Below, in pieces: positions 28,606-42,713 of a stretch of DNA of 64,000 nucleotides. The stretch lies in assembly GCF_009914755.1 (NCBI RefSeq), contig NC_060938.1; one strand, written 5' to 3'. The stretch comes from the human T2T-CHM13v2.0 reference genome, Homo sapiens. Below the pieces are notes generated by a model. It was not told the DNA's origin. It saw nothing but the letters and a program-made list of their open reading frames with translations, and searched no databases. The translations under genes and the position numbers were made by a program. Positions within the stretch are counted from its first letter, which is position 1. Each line of letters opens with the position of its first letter.

Positions 28606-29672
28606 CTGCCAAACTCTTTTGCAAAGTGGTTTTACAATTTTATGTTCTAACAGTATAAATATTTCAGTTCCTCCATTTCCTTGCCAACATTTGGCATGCT
28701 CAATCTTTGAAAATTTAGACATTTTAATAGGCATATAGTAGTGTCTCTGTGCAGTTTTGGTTGGCATTTCTCTACCAACTAATGATGTTGAACATTTTCT
28801 CACTGCTCATTTTCCTTTCCTGTATCTTACTTAGTTATCTGTCTGTTCAAATCATCTGACAATTTGTTATTGAGTTTTTTGTTGTCTTATTTTTGAATAT
28901 TGGCTGCTTTTTATGGATTCTGAATCACATATTCTTTACCAGATATGTGGTTTACAAATGTTTTCCCCATATGTAGACTGTCATTTCATTCCATTACCAG
29001 TGTAATTCAAAATCCAGAAATCTCCAAATTTGAGAAATTCAATTTATGATTTATTTGTTATACATCATACTATCATATATAAGAACCCAAGGCCCAAAAT
29101 ATTTTTTTCTTCTAAAAGTTTTATAGTTATAAACTTTACATATTGATGTGATCATTTTGAGTTCATTTCAAAAAATGATATGAGACCTGGATCAAAGTTT
29201 ATATTATATCATATCCACAGCAAATTATTACACCTGTGTTGGTCAATTAACCATATATGTGTAGGTCTATTTTTGAGCTCTATTTTGTTTCATTGATCTA
29301 TTTGTCTAAACTGATGCCAGTACCAAACCTCTTGAATACAGTAAGTTTATGATAAGACTTAAATTCAGGAGTGTAAGTTCAGCAAAGTTGTCCTTCATTT
29401 TCAAAGTACTTTGAAATGAATTTTAGAGTCAATTTGTCATTTTTACCAAACAAAAAACTTGTACTAGAATTATAATTAAAGTTCTGTTGAATCTATTGAT
29501 CAATTTAAAGAGAATTTTCAAGTTAACAATATTGAGCCTTCTGGCCCATAAACACAGTACAGGTATTTCTCTCCACTTATTTATATCTTCTTAAGTTCTC
29601 TCAGCAAATTTTAAAGTTTTCAGTGCAGAGCTCTTGTTCATTCATTGTCAGATTTGTGTCTTAAAATTTCAC

Positions 29673-29771
29673 AGCACTCCCCTTGACAAGGATGGAAGAG
29701 GCCCTTGGGCCTGACAACATGCATACGGTAAAGGCATTGCCACCTACTTCGTGGCATCTAACCATCGTTTT
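29673..29771 (+). pseudogene. RNU6ATAC: U6atac snRNA retro-pseudogene, 5'-truncated (lacks about the first 25 nt)
   Basis: agcactccccttgacaaggatggaagaggcccttgggcctgacaacatgcatacggtaaaggcattgccacctacttcgtggcatctaaccatcgtttt matches the U6atac sequence as I recall it, with about 3 substitutions; it sits inside an L1 fossil with no snRNA promoter context. Confidence 0.95.
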
Positions 29772-29772
29772 A

Positions 29773-30066
<294 letters not shown>

Positions 30067-30887
30067 CAACTCATACTCTGATTCAGTTCTACATGGTATT
30101 TTTTAATTTCAACTTCCAGTGGTCTGTTGCAAGTATATACACATAGGATTGATTTGTTTGTATAATAGCCTTGTATTCTGATAAACACAGTTATTAGCTT
30201 AAGTTGCTTTTCTTAGATTCCACAAAATTTTCTAAACAGAAAATTAATGACAATGCTGTTTCTTCTTTTGCAAATAGGAATTTATTTTATTTACCTTTTT
30301 CTTATTTTGATGCCTAGAAATACTAATAATATGACAGACATAGTGAGAAAAAATATTGTATTTTTTCCCAAATTGTAAAAGGAAACAACCATTCAGTCTT
30401 TTATCATCAAGTATGATGTTAATGTAGATTTTTTTATGGCTGTAATTATCAAATTTAGGAACTTTACTTTGATTTCTAGTTTAATGAAATGTTTGTTTGT
30501 TTTTTTTTTGTTGTTGGCATGTATGTGTGTCTATCAGAAATGGACACTGGATATTAACAAATGCTGTTTTGTGCATGCGTGGAAATGATCTCTTTCTGTT
30601 TTTACTCTCTTACTGTGCTGAAATGCATTGATTTTCAAATATTAAACTAACCAGTTATGTCTTTAAAAATAAGCTCCTTATAAAGTGCATGAAGGAGAAA
30701 AGAGAAATATTCCCATTAGAATAAGGTAGAGCAGTTTAACCCAGTTTTTACTTTCATGTTCGAGATAAAGTAAAATTAACTTGAAATCATACAGTTAAGA
30801 ATAGACATAGTTATATTTCGCTACTACATCAAAAGAGTTTCAGTTTCCGGGTCCAGGTCACTTAATTTATAATCATAGCAAATCAGA

Positions 30888-31339
30888 AGTGGTGGTGATT
30901 TTAGGTAGAGCTTTCTTTGAAGCATACACTAAGACTGAGAATAACATTCAGGGATTAATTAGGGAGTGCTTTTAAGATTAGTACCTGCTGTGGAAGGAAA
31001 GAAGGCTTAGCTGGGTAGAGGGAGTAGCTGGTCCTCCGAAAGCCACAGAAGATATTTCAGCTATGAAGATGAGGTATCGTCCTTCCAAGTTGAGCCCATT
31101 TGGGTTTAAGTGTCCAGAAATTTAGGCTTCTATATACCCACATCAACTAGTTATTAGAAACATGCTGCCCCTGGAAATGGGGGCATGACTTTGGACTAGT
31201 TTCTCCTCTTCAGCTAAGGGCAATTCTCAAAGAAAAGCTGAAAACTGCAACTATCATCTCATAACACTACTGACCATGGTAGAATTATGTTTTTTCTTCC
31301 CAAAGGGGGATTGTGGGCATTTCAACAGTTTTTACTACA
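30888..31339 (-). mobile_element. ERVL LTR (LTR16-like)
   Basis: ttaggtagagctttctttgaagcatacactaagac...atgctgcccctggaaatgggggcatgactttgg...tactaca. Confidence 0.6.
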
Positions 31340-31928
31340 CTGGCAGACCAGAAGTGACTCCCCCTTCAACTACAGAACACTGTAATTCAATGAACATAAA
31401 GCTGGGCAAGATTATGAAATGGACCATGGACTAATATTTTATGATGGCTTAGAATTAAAGTTCAATTTCTTGGAGTTGTTATTGATTCATTTTTTAAAAA
31501 GCCAAATTAACCAAATTTTTATTGAAAAATTGTTTTATTAGAAGAATGACAAATATAGCTCATGTTCATTTCAGCAAGGTATCTTATAAAGTAAATCATT
31601 ACCAAATATTGAATCAGCAGGATTAATCTAGGGTGAATGATAGTCCAGTTGTAAAAAGTTAGTTATTTGACTGATTAGACTCGATGCATGCTGACAAATG
31701 AATCTTGGCAACCTTGACTCTCTTCATTTCTCATGTCAATCCATTTTGCACAGAAATGAAATGAGAAAGGATTCCTAGAATACTTGACAACAGAACCAAA
31801 ATCATAATAATTCCCAGCCAACAATGACTTTTGTAGGTAATGAAGATTCTGCAATGTGTATTAAATAACTAGAATTGTGTTTATTTTGATTGGAAAGCAA
31901 TGCAAAAACCAATTTGCTTGAAATAAAA

Positions 31929-31980
31929 ATATATATGTTCATGTGTATATACATATATATGTATGTGTGTATATATATAG
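31929..31980. repeat. (TA)/(TG) low-complexity microsatellite
   Basis: Direct reading. Confidence 0.7.
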
Positions 31981-32509
31981 CTGAGAGAAAATATCATATA
32001 TATATCTAAGAAAATCTTTGTACTATTATATAACAGTCAGCACTTATAGTCAGCAGGTTAACTACAACAAAATTGTTGGGAAAATAATCTTCTATCACAA
32101 ATACTGTTCCAACTTTAAATGAATATGAAAAGTTTTTCATAGAAATATCCTAAGACATTTAATATTCTAAAATATATTTCAATTGATAAATCAATAACCT
32201 TTGAAATTATTTAAATACATTTTTTATTTTTATAGGAAAGACATTGCACATTTAAGAAACCATCTAGAAACTCATGTTTACAATAAAAATATAAGAAAAG
32301 TATAGGCTTAGTATACATTATATAATAACTAAAATGTAAGTATTGTGTAAGCTTCTCTAAGTAAAACTAACGAAGAATGTAGTGCTTCGACTTCTCAAAA
32401 ATTATTTCTGAGAGCTGCTTCACTTAGTTTCTCAATAAGTATCTCATAAAATTAAATTATATGTTTTCATTACAACTTTTCAAGAAGATCTGCATCAAAA
32501 ATATTTAGG

Positions 32510-32536
32510 ACACACACACACACACACACACACACA
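32510..32536. repeat. (CA)n microsatellite
   Basis: Direct reading. Confidence 0.95.
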
Positions 32537-32545
32537 TTTTCACAT

Positions 32546-32960
32546 TGTAGAGACTACTCATTGATACCAAAATATCTACTCTGTTTTTCCTCATCGGCAG
32601 CAGAACATTGATCAATAGCTGGTATATTGCTCTTGGACTGAAACATGACACTCATCAGGTGTCCTTGTAGCTAAAAGATTTGGTAGATATGATCTACGAA
32701 ATTTCTTTGAATTTTCCATTTTAATAAAACATACCTTTCTTCTGGTACTTCCATCTTGTTGCCAGGTATGCAGATTATGATATCCAGGAGAATATTTTGG
32801 GGCCAGGAGGCTATGCTTCTGATGAATGTGCATTGATCACACTATTCCTGTACCAGCAACTAGTAAATGGAATTCATTTACTAGAAACAAAAATACATTT
32901 TATGTTAGTCGTTTTTACTTTCTTTTGATGATTATTTTCTATAAAGATGGCTAAATTATG
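32546..32960 (+). mobile_element. Old MaLR LTR (MLT1J-like)
   Basis: tgtagagactactcattgatacc...tccttgtagcta...ttccatcttgttgccagg. Confidence 0.55.
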
Positions 32961-34218
32961 ATATAGAATAAATATAAATTCTGACTTCTAGGTTAAATCA
33001 TCATATACTTTAAAATCCACCAAAAATTAAATAAAAAAGACTAGAGTTTTAGTTGATTAAAACTTCTCTGTGAGTTAATAACAAAACAAGCATGCACTCT
33101 TAGCATATTTGAATAGAAGTTCATTGATGTGCACAGCATGCATGTATGCTTTCTTCCCACCACATGCTTACTCTGGAGGTCCTTTTTTCAAATTTGTTTC
33201 CTGGGCTTTATTTATTAATTTAATTATTCCTTGGTTTTGAATGGAGGCTCTGAAAGTAGCACAGCTTTCTGACTATAACACGTGTCATGAAAGTCAGGCA
33301 AGTTGAAGCCTATCCAAATGATACTTTGAAACTCAATAGCCAAAAGAATCCTTGCTATCACTTTCTCTAGTTGAGTATCTGGGAAAATATAAACCCTAAG
33401 GACTACTGTGAACCATACCAGGGGTGTAGCTTTCTCCAAAATTCTGGGATATGAGGATGAAGTTCATCTACACAGAGAAGTACAGGCCAGAGAAAGAGTG
33501 CTGGTGGTGCCCAATTCCTGCTCCCACAACCCCCTAATCTTGGCACCTCTGCCCTACCTGGGTTTGTGTGAGTCAATGTATATTCATTTTTTAAAATTTT
33601 CTTTTTGCCAAGGTTAGTTAAATCTGTCTCATAGAGGTATACTAACTCAAATATGTAAGGGTCTATGAGATGTGATCGAACCATAGTTTATACACAAATG
33701 AGAAAACTAAGGTCAATGGCTGAAAGTTATAAAGTGGTATGAATACCTATGCTCTAAGTCCTGTTTAACTAGGATACTATGGCTATTCCTTCTCTATCCT
33801 TAATGCCAAGCACAGAATTGAAGAACTCAGTAAACGTTTACTACAGGGAAATAAATGAATACATGTTCTATTCAAACTTTCAATTATGCCTAAATAGCTC
33901 AGCATATTAGAATATATTGTATACGAGACACCTTGATATTCAGAAGGTAGAAGAAACTTCCATGACATCATAATCAAACTGGTTATCTGTTAATGTTACA
34001 ATTTACATCTTTTATATTGTGTATCCATTAAAAAACTGTTGTAGTTATAGTTATTTTAACAAGTTTATATTTTAACTTTTATACCAGAAAACTGCTAATT
34101 TACCATGTGTTGATCCTTTCTAGGGACAGAATCCATGGATGTTACAAAAACAGAAAAAAAAGTAATGCCTGATCTATTTTCAGTCAGTCAGGATCATGGT
34201 GTGTGGTATTATCATCCA

Positions 34219-34547
34219 TGGTTTACTTCCTTTAGGCTGCTATCACAAAAAATACTATAGACTTGGTAATTCATAAAGAATAAAAATATATTTCTCATAG
34301 TTCTAGAGGCTGGGCAGTTCAAAGTAAAGGTGCCAGCAGATTCGGTGTCTTGTGAAGGTTTACTCTCTGCTTCATACATGACATACTCTTGCCACATTTT
34401 CAAGGGCAGAGGATGAAAACAACCTCCCTTGGGCCTCTTTTATAAAGGCAGTAATCCCATTTATGAGGGCAGAACCTTCATGATCTAATCACTTCCCAAA
34501 GACTCTTATTACCGCCTTGGGGGACACACACTTTCTAGACCGTAACA
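34219..34547 (-). mobile_element. MaLR solo LTR (MLT1A/MSTD-like)
   Basis: aggctgctatcacaaaaaatac...ttctagaggctgggcagttcaaagtaaaggtgccagcagattcggtgtc...tagaccgtaaca. Confidence 0.85.
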
Positions 34548-37500
34548 ATGGACATATAAAAACATTATATATGGCATCTATATTTATAATAGAGCCTAGC
34601 CAAGATCAATTATTAGTAAAGGAGTTTTTAATAATTTTCCTTTTTTATGCCTATTCATCTTTAGTATATAAGAATAAAAAGAAAAATATAGTAACATTTG
34701 GTAATGTAAACAACGTTGGTGCCACCTGCCTGCATTTTTCCTGCTCACATGGACATTATTTTTTTTATTTTCTTAAATAATTAACAAGAAGTGATCAACT
34801 TTGTATATGCAAAGCAACTAGCTTTTATAGGAATCCACTTTCACAAAAGAAAAGGAGATTTATGCTGTGTTTAGGCACGCTGAGAGAAGGAACATTTTCT
34901 CAATAGTAAACTGCCAGCAGCAAAAGGCACTTCATAGTAGCCACAATGACCAGCCTACGAAAAGAAATTAATAGTCACACATTTTTCTCATCTCATACTC
35001 AGTGTCAATTGAAGAAATTATCTTGTGTCTTGAGAAAATCATTTTCAGCTGGAAACATACTTGATAAAGTCTGTATTTTGCTAATATTCCGTATTTCTCT
35101 TCCTGCTTTTCTCAATGCAAGATAAGAAAAGCTCACCTAAATCAAATCCTGAGAAACATTATTTTCTGCACAAGGCAATCTTCTTGAAAAATGACTTTTT
35201 TGGGATAAATATTTGCTACTGGCAGAAAAAAGTGCAATGTTGTCTATTTTATTTATTTGAAACCACCACTTAAAATGTAAAATCTTATTTGGATCTGGAG
35301 TTATGTCTGCTTAATTGCTATGCTGTTTTTTTTTTAAGATGCAGTTTTCATTGAGTTCATCTCAGGTAAAGAATGGCATTAAGTTCAGCAAGAAATAAAA
35401 TTCTAACAGCTCATTGACTGCCAACTCCTACTTAACGTGTTCTGTTAATTTAATATAATACAAAGTGGCTGATTTTAATAGGCCTTATTTTATTTTTACT
35501 ATTTAAGATATCAGGATGCATTTTGTGTGTTTTTATATTATTTTTTCCCCAAACACAAGATCAGCTTATTGGAAGAAAAGTAAGTGCTCAGAATATAGAA
35601 ATATAATTGAATGTCATCATTGTTCAGTACTGTTTAAATTGGTAACTGTAATATTTAGTTGAGCTTTTCAGAGTGACATGATGTTTAAAGAGTGAGTCAT
35701 TTGCCTTAGAGTAATTAATAGCCATTTAAAAGATTGTAAGATGTTTAAAAGAATTAAGTTTCAAAGGCCATCTTCTTCCTTGGAATACATTCATTGCTTG
35801 AAACTGACAGCTAGACATTTGATACTTGGTTGTTTGTTTAGTGTATTTTCAAAGATACCAGCTGGCTTTCACTAGGCTTTAAGCTCTTCTAAATGACTAC
35901 TAAACTATAATTCATAGTTTATTCTCCAATCTTAAGTTTAAAACAATTCAAAATGAAACAATGATGACAAACCACTACAGTCCAAACATTTTGGCAGTGG
36001 AAAATCCACTATATATTTTAAAACATCACAGTAAAATTTATAGGTGAGTAAAGGAATACATAGATAATGTGAGAAAAGAAATCTTCCAGGTTTGAGGATT
36101 ATATGTGTTGAGTATAATCCATCAACAGGATGTGACGGCAACACGAGATAATCAATAGGAAGTTACTATAATAATTAATATACCTAGCAAAAAGCTGTTA
36201 AATGAATATAAAAGAATTTGTAGGAATAAATTAAGATTTTATGAGTCAGAGATTGTTTCGAAAACATCAGCTTTGTCCTCTATATTCAGAAAAATGTGCA
36301 TGTATAACATGATAGTGGCAATCCTGTATACAACACAAGGACTCATTTACCCATTTTATCAAGTCCCTAATGTCAGCTTTCAGTTGCACCCCTGTGGGTA
36401 TGAATCTACCATATATTATTAAACTAAGAAAGAGACTGTCTACACAGACAAATCAAAATAACAGATTTGGACAACTAACAAGATTAGCAAGGAAATTATT
36501 TAAGGTATTTCCAATAGAGGAATAAATATTTTAAAAGAGCAAGCTTAAACTAAATTATTTAGATAACCCTTCCATATCAGCTTCACCATTTACATGCACA
36601 TGACCTAATGAATGAAGCAAGTAGCTTAGTTAAGTTGACATTCCAGAGACACAACCAAATTGGCAAATGTAAGTGGGATCTGATGCTACATGACATGCAA
36701 GGAGAATTTCTTGCATATATTTAACAGTCCAAGGTGTATAAAAGCTTATCAAATAAATGTAATTTATGTAATTGAGTCTAAGTATTTCTTAGCAATTAAT
36801 TCACATCAAATATATGAATTTTGGATAATATGGAAACATTTGAAAGAATAACTCAACTTTCCAGTGATAATCAATCTTCTGTATCAAAAGCAATTATTAG
36901 TTATGAGAGGAAGCAATTGAATGTTACCCATAATATTAAACTTTTTCCATCTTTATCAGCTTCTCAAAAGTAAGTAATAAAGTTGATGACATATCACAAA
37001 CAGAAGAGCTGTAACTTGTATCTTTCCCAATGAGTTAATTTACCTGAAACTAAATTACCTCAGGTTGGCTCCCAACTATCAAAACAAAATCAAAATAAAT
37101 AAAAATGGACACACAGATGTGTCAGTCTCTTTAATATGTCTGTATAGCTTATATTTTGCATATTATTGTGTTAATTCAGCTATAGTTTATTCTTCCATTC
37201 TTGTTCTCTCCTAAAAGAATAGAATAAAGAGAAATGAGTAGATGTATTTTGTTTTGTTGAGGGGCCGTGGTTAACGGTATGCAAAAGATAAGTGCTTCTG
37301 TTGTTTTTCATGTAGTGACATCTTGCATGCAGCTGTGAACAATTGTGCTTATGCCAAATAGTCTGTTGAGTTATCATTCAAGAATGGCTTTATTAGCCAG
37401 CACATATTTAGTAACATAAATCTTGAAATTAGCAGTAAAATCACATGGAGGCCTTTGGAAGCATTTAACTCAGAATGATAACACTCTATTTCACAAACTC

Positions 37501-38134
37501 GCATTTTTGGAACCCAGAGAAATACATTGTCATAAAGTGTCTTTTCTGATGACAGAAGTAGGTAAGAAATGCAGGATCAGGTTCAAATAAATGCCTAAAT
37601 TCAAAAGATTACAGAAGAAATATGGAGAATACACATGTTTGAACTTTCAGTTATTTAATAAAATATGACATTCAATAACACTCTTTTTAAATGACCACCC
37701 TAAAAAACCTAAAAATAAAAGCAATGATCTTTGATTTAGATTTCACTGGGCTTAGTCATAAAGGTAAATCACAAAAGGATGGATTCGTTACATAATAGCA
37801 ATAACAGTAACAATAATAATAAAGACGTGTCTTGGAGAAGCAGAATATTTATAAGCCTAATTACTTCTTACTTATTTGTTTGAAATGCCGTATGAGATTT
37901 ATTTGTGAACAGCATGGATGAGCTTACAACAAATTATCTTTCCATGTATGAGAGGATGCTCATTGCAAATACCCTTGTTTAAACAGTTTAGACAAGGTTA
38001 GATATAGAAAATAAGGAATTTATTATTGGTAGATTTTATTACCTTGCCCATTGTTTGTTTTTGAATAAATCTCAAAGGCAAGTATAACAATTGCCATACT
38101 TTTACACAGTTTGAGAACTGGTTCTTCATTGTGG

Positions 38135-38600
38135 GGTCTTGACTCAGGATTCACTCAGAAAAACAAACCCTCTAGGTATTTTTGATCAAGAATTTTTGCC
38201 AGATTTTCAGAAACGCTCTCACCAGGGATGCCAACCTACAGCATCAAAGGGGCAGAGCTGTTCTTAAGAGCTCACACAGAAACTCCTCTGATCACCCACC
38301 CCCAAAATCTCTAGGAAGCCACTAGACCGTCAGCTTGCAGCACCAGTAGGTCTCATTCTTAGATGCTCATCAGCAAATCACTTTGAACTTTGTCTTTGTC
38401 ATTGGTCCACTCAGTTTTTGGCTTTTGCCTTTCCTTTCCTTACAACTTCCAAATGTAGCAGGAAGTTAGTTCAAAGTCAGAGGAAAAGGATTCTGGAAAG
38501 TGTAGTTCCCGGGTTCTCTTCTGAGAGAAGCAAGGAAGTGTTTAATTTAGGAGGCGGAAGTGGAGGTGATGTTGAGGGACACAAAGAATGGTCCAGCTCA
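38135..38600. mobile_element. Ancient LTR (LTR78/MLT1-like)
   Basis: tcaggattcactcagaaaaacaaaccctctaggtatt...aggattctggaaagtgtagttcc; GC-richer island. Confidence 0.45.
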
Positions 38601-38700
38601 TGACCAGGTGCATGAGTTGATCGCGACTCTCTGAGATGCCTGAAAGAATATGTATGTTTAGTTGTATATGTGATGGACAGCAGTTAAAAACTCATTCATA

Positions 38701-39008
38701 TAGGTCTACAATTTTTATCCATCTTTCCCAAATCCAAAAATCTCAGAAAATACAGGTTTTTAAAATAACCCATGTTGTTGGGCAAACTTGACTGGAGCTG
38801 TACTTATAGTGAGAAACTTGTGCTGCTCCGATAGAAGCTATACATATTCTTCATGTATGACTTTTAGATGGAATATTCTCATTTTTGCTGGAGAAATTTC
38901 GGAGTGTCTGGTTGTGGAGTTCTGTAACATAATGGTTTTCTCAAATCAGAAAAAATCTAAATCCTGAAACATATTAGGACTGAGATCCACAATTGGATCG
39001 TGAACTAG
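38701..39008. mobile_element. TcMar-Tigger MITE (Tigger12-like)
   Basis: Degenerate terminal inverted repeats taggtctacaat / gatcgtgaactag flanked by TA; internal aaatccaaaaatctcagaaaa. Confidence 0.55.
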
Positions 39009-40514
39009 TATTTTGTCAATTTCCTCATCTGTTAAGTTTTATTCTAATGAAATGATACTTTATGAAAATAATTTCTCAAATCATTGCCTCAATTGGCACA
39101 TTCAACATTCATGCCAACCATCAATCTAAATAATCTGTCTCCTCCAGAATAAAAGTGAGGTGTACCTAAATTACATTAATTGCTAATTATCTAACTACCA
39201 CTCTGTGAGATTATGAAAAAAAAAACCCAAAACTAAAAATAAATGTCAATTTAATGGAACTCTGCCTGACAAAACAGTTAAATGTTTTATCAAACCAGCA
39301 TGTGCAGATTTAGTCTAATGATTCTGCCTTTAATGGATGTCATTATTGTTTAGCATAAGTACAAATTCATGAACATAACCCTAAATAGTATGCCATTCCT
39401 AAGAATTAATGAATATATTGCATGCATAACACAGCCGCTAATGTGATCATTTTCTTTTTAATGCATAAAGTTTAATTGTTAAAGACCATTGTATTTTCCT
39501 TTAGTTTTCAAGCACAGTACTTGAGATACAGATGAAGTTTTTATTGCCTTATTTAAAATAGTAAAAATCCTTGATGTGACCACATTTTTAGCAATGTGAT
39601 ATGGAATAGTTAGATGTGTCCTCCTTTATAAAATGCTATTATCATGCTGCAGCATTAATCATTGAATTGCATATGTAATTATAATTGATGGGAATTTTTA
39701 TCACTTTACCTACTATGGCTATGTTTTGACATAATGGAACCAAAAAGGGGAGACCAATTCAATTGTCTAGTTGCTACAAAGGGAACAGCTGTCCCAAAGA
39801 GAAGTCCGAATCTATGACAGTCCTTGCATAAGTGATACATTTACATTTAAAAACATAGATTCAGTAGTTATTTGTTACAACACTATAGTCTATTTTAATT
39901 CTACCAATGTTCTTCTGTATATTTGTTGCAGATGATAGAATAACCAATATGAGATAAATGTGCAGACTGTAATTATTAGAAAAATGAGACACAATTATCA
40001 ATTTTCTGAAATGCTTGAGAGTCTAAAACTTTATTAGCATCAGGTTAGATATCTTACAGACCTGGAGGTTAGATTAAAACCTATGTGTGTTTGGGGCAGT
40101 TTTTTTATTATACTTCTTTGAACAATAATTCTACTTTGTAGAATATCAACAGTTGGTCAACAGCCTTAATTAAAGTATCTTTTCTAGCTTTACAGGGATG
40201 GTGATAATGGCATGGAGTTTTGGCTTACATTTTTTTTTAAGAATAAGTGTTTTGTAAACTGCACAAAACAGAAGCAATAAGAATTCATTATCTCTCATTC
40301 ACACAAAATATAATTTTAAAAAATTGTCATTGATAAGGGAAGTACAGTAGATACTTTAAATTTTTTCAGTTTAATATATTGATTGTATTTGCAATTATGT
40401 ATTATAAATTACTGGAAGCTGGGTGTCTTAAATTTCTTTTATACACTCTTTCTCCCATGCACAAAACTGAACTAAGTAGAATAATGTATACATAGTAGAC
40501 ATTTAGTAATAAAC

Positions 40515-41380
40515 AATTACAATATATTTTATCTGGAGGAGCAATTAGAAGTCTTCTCACTCAACATTTCATCCAGTGCAGAAATCTCTCTTCTAGATTT
40601 TTAATTAAAATACTACCAGTGCTAGGAAGATTCTGAGCTGCAAGAGAGCTGTTTCTTTCTTTTTTTTCTTTTTTCTGCAGAATGGCTGTTCCATGAAGTG
40701 TAGATTTTTTACCAACATGGAGACAAAAACTAGCACCTTAAAACTCTTATCAGTTAGTCCTCAATTCTTGGAGTCCTGTAGTATGTGTCTTCTGCATCTC
40801 ACTGATAAAGCTTCAAATTTTTGAAATCACTTAGTGTGACTTCCCTTAGTCTTTTATTGATGATTTCAGATACAATGTAACTAATTGTTCAAGAGTACAG
40901 GCTGTGGACTCACATAGAAAAGACTCTAGCATTGATTAGTGGAGAAACTTTGGGTACTCAAGTTTCTCACAAGATAAAAAGGGCTAATGACAACCTGACT
41001 TCCTGGGCTACTTTGAAAATTAAGAGAAAAATTTATGTATACTAAGAACTAACCTGACACAAAGTAGGTGCCTAAAAATGTTAACATTATTTTAAATCCT
41101 TCTTAATTTGTTAATACCTGATATGATATGATCTCCAGATATTTTCCTCAATTAAGGTCTTTTGTGACAAGTAAGTTCAGCTATAATGATTTGGTCTGTC
41201 CTCTAGGATGGAATTTCCATACTGTTTCTGATTGTTAGGGATTTAACTTTTGTCCAATCATGTTGAAATAAAACAGAACATTGAGCTCAGAGACCGAGCA
41301 TGTAAAATAAGTAGGGACAATCTCTTATTAATTTATCAAATTTTTCCACTTAATTATGCAGCTTAAAATGCTTCTGCATA
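40515..41380 (-). mobile_element. L3/CR1 remnant interrupted by a MIR
   Basis: ccagtgcagaaatctctcttcta; gcttcaaatttttgaaatcac...cccttagtctt. Confidence 0.45.
40880..41090 (+). mobile_element. MIR
   Basis: caagagtacaggctgtggactcac...cctgacacaaagtaggtgcctaaaaatgttaac. Confidence 0.7.
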
Positions 41381-41995
41381 GCACTGTGTTTTGAATTTTT
41401 TTTTAAAGCAAGTTAAGAGAATTTCTCTTTGAGAGACTGTAATTTAATTTACAGTATGTTTATAAAATAGGACGGAGAGCAATTTCAATTGATTTCAACT
41501 TTATTTATGACAAAGTTGGTACAACAGAGCAGTGTGCCAAGGATGGCCTTTCACTAAATAATGCTGGTCAATTTGACATCCATAAGAAAACATTAAAACT
41601 TGACCTTAACTTTACACTGTGTGCCTCATACACAAATTACAGACCAAAATGAAAATTGATTGATGGATTTAACTACAATAAAACTAAAAATTTTACTTCA
41701 TTTATAACACCCTTAAGAGAGTGAAAAGCAAAACCTCAGAATGGGGACAGACCCCTGTAATGATAATAATTAACACAATAAATGTTTACATAATTTTAAC
41801 AAATTAAAAAGAAAAAAATAATTTAAACCAAGGAGGAAAAAAATTGGCTAAAAACTTTAATAGAAACCTTGCATACTTGTTGATTTGCATGGCCAGGTGG
41901 GCATCCGAAAAGGTGTCAACCTCATTAATTGTCAAACCTCAGGCATACAATATACATCTCCAGAATTGGAAAGACTGAAAACTGATAATGCCAAT

Positions 41996-42375
41996 TGTTA
42001 TAAACTTAATTTTGTTCTCCTCAAATTCAATATGTTGAAGCCCCAATCCCCAATGAGACTGTATTTGGCAATAGGGCCTTTAAAGAAAAATTAAGGTTAT
42101 GTGAGGTCAGAGGATGGGGCTCTAATCTGCTAGGATTTGTGTCCTTAGAAGAAGATGAAGTAAAACCAGGAACTGGTGTGCACAGAGGAAAATCCATGCA
42201 AAGTCACAGCAAGAAGACGGCCATCTTCAAGCCAAGAAAAGAGGCCTTAGGAGAAACTAAACCTGCCAACCCCTTTATCATGGACTTACAGATTCCAGAA
42301 CCCGAAAAAAAAAATCTGTTATTTAACCCATTAGTCAATGGTATTTTTTTATGATGGCTCTAGCAAACTAATACA
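41996..42375 (+). mobile_element. MLT1B-like solo LTR
   Basis: TG...CA ends; gtatttggcaatagggcctttaaag; TSD CCAAT/CCAAG. Confidence 0.9.
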
Positions 42376-42490
42376 CCAAGTGTTGCTGAGAATGTTGAGT
42401 AATGGAAAGTCTCCAGTGTAAATGAAAATTATAAGTTCTGCTTTGAAAAATGTTTGCCACTATTTACAGAATTCAGAAATATTCCTAGGT

Positions 42491-42713
42491 CAGTGTTTCT
42501 CAACCACGGGCAGTTGACACTTTTCCCCCTGAGACACTTGGCAATAATTGTTCATGACTGTGAGGGCAGCGTGTGGACAGCATAGTGATACTGGCATCCT
42601 GTCAGTAGAGACCAGAGATGTAGCTAATCATCTTACAATTCACAGGACAAACCACAAGAGCAAGAAATTAGAGGGCTCAAAATATCCCAATGTGCCTATG
42701 TTAAGAAAATCTG
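42491..42713. mobile_element. MER20 (hAT-Charlie)
   Basis: Terminal inverted repeats cagtgtttctcaac / gttaagaaaatctg; 8-bp TSD TCCTAGGT/TCTTAGGT. Confidence 0.9.

Noticed and set aside
29673-29771. Functional U6atac gene
   Set aside because: Lacks the 5' ~25 nt including the catalytic box, has no PSE/TATA upstream, is embedded in an L1 and is fused to an Alu.
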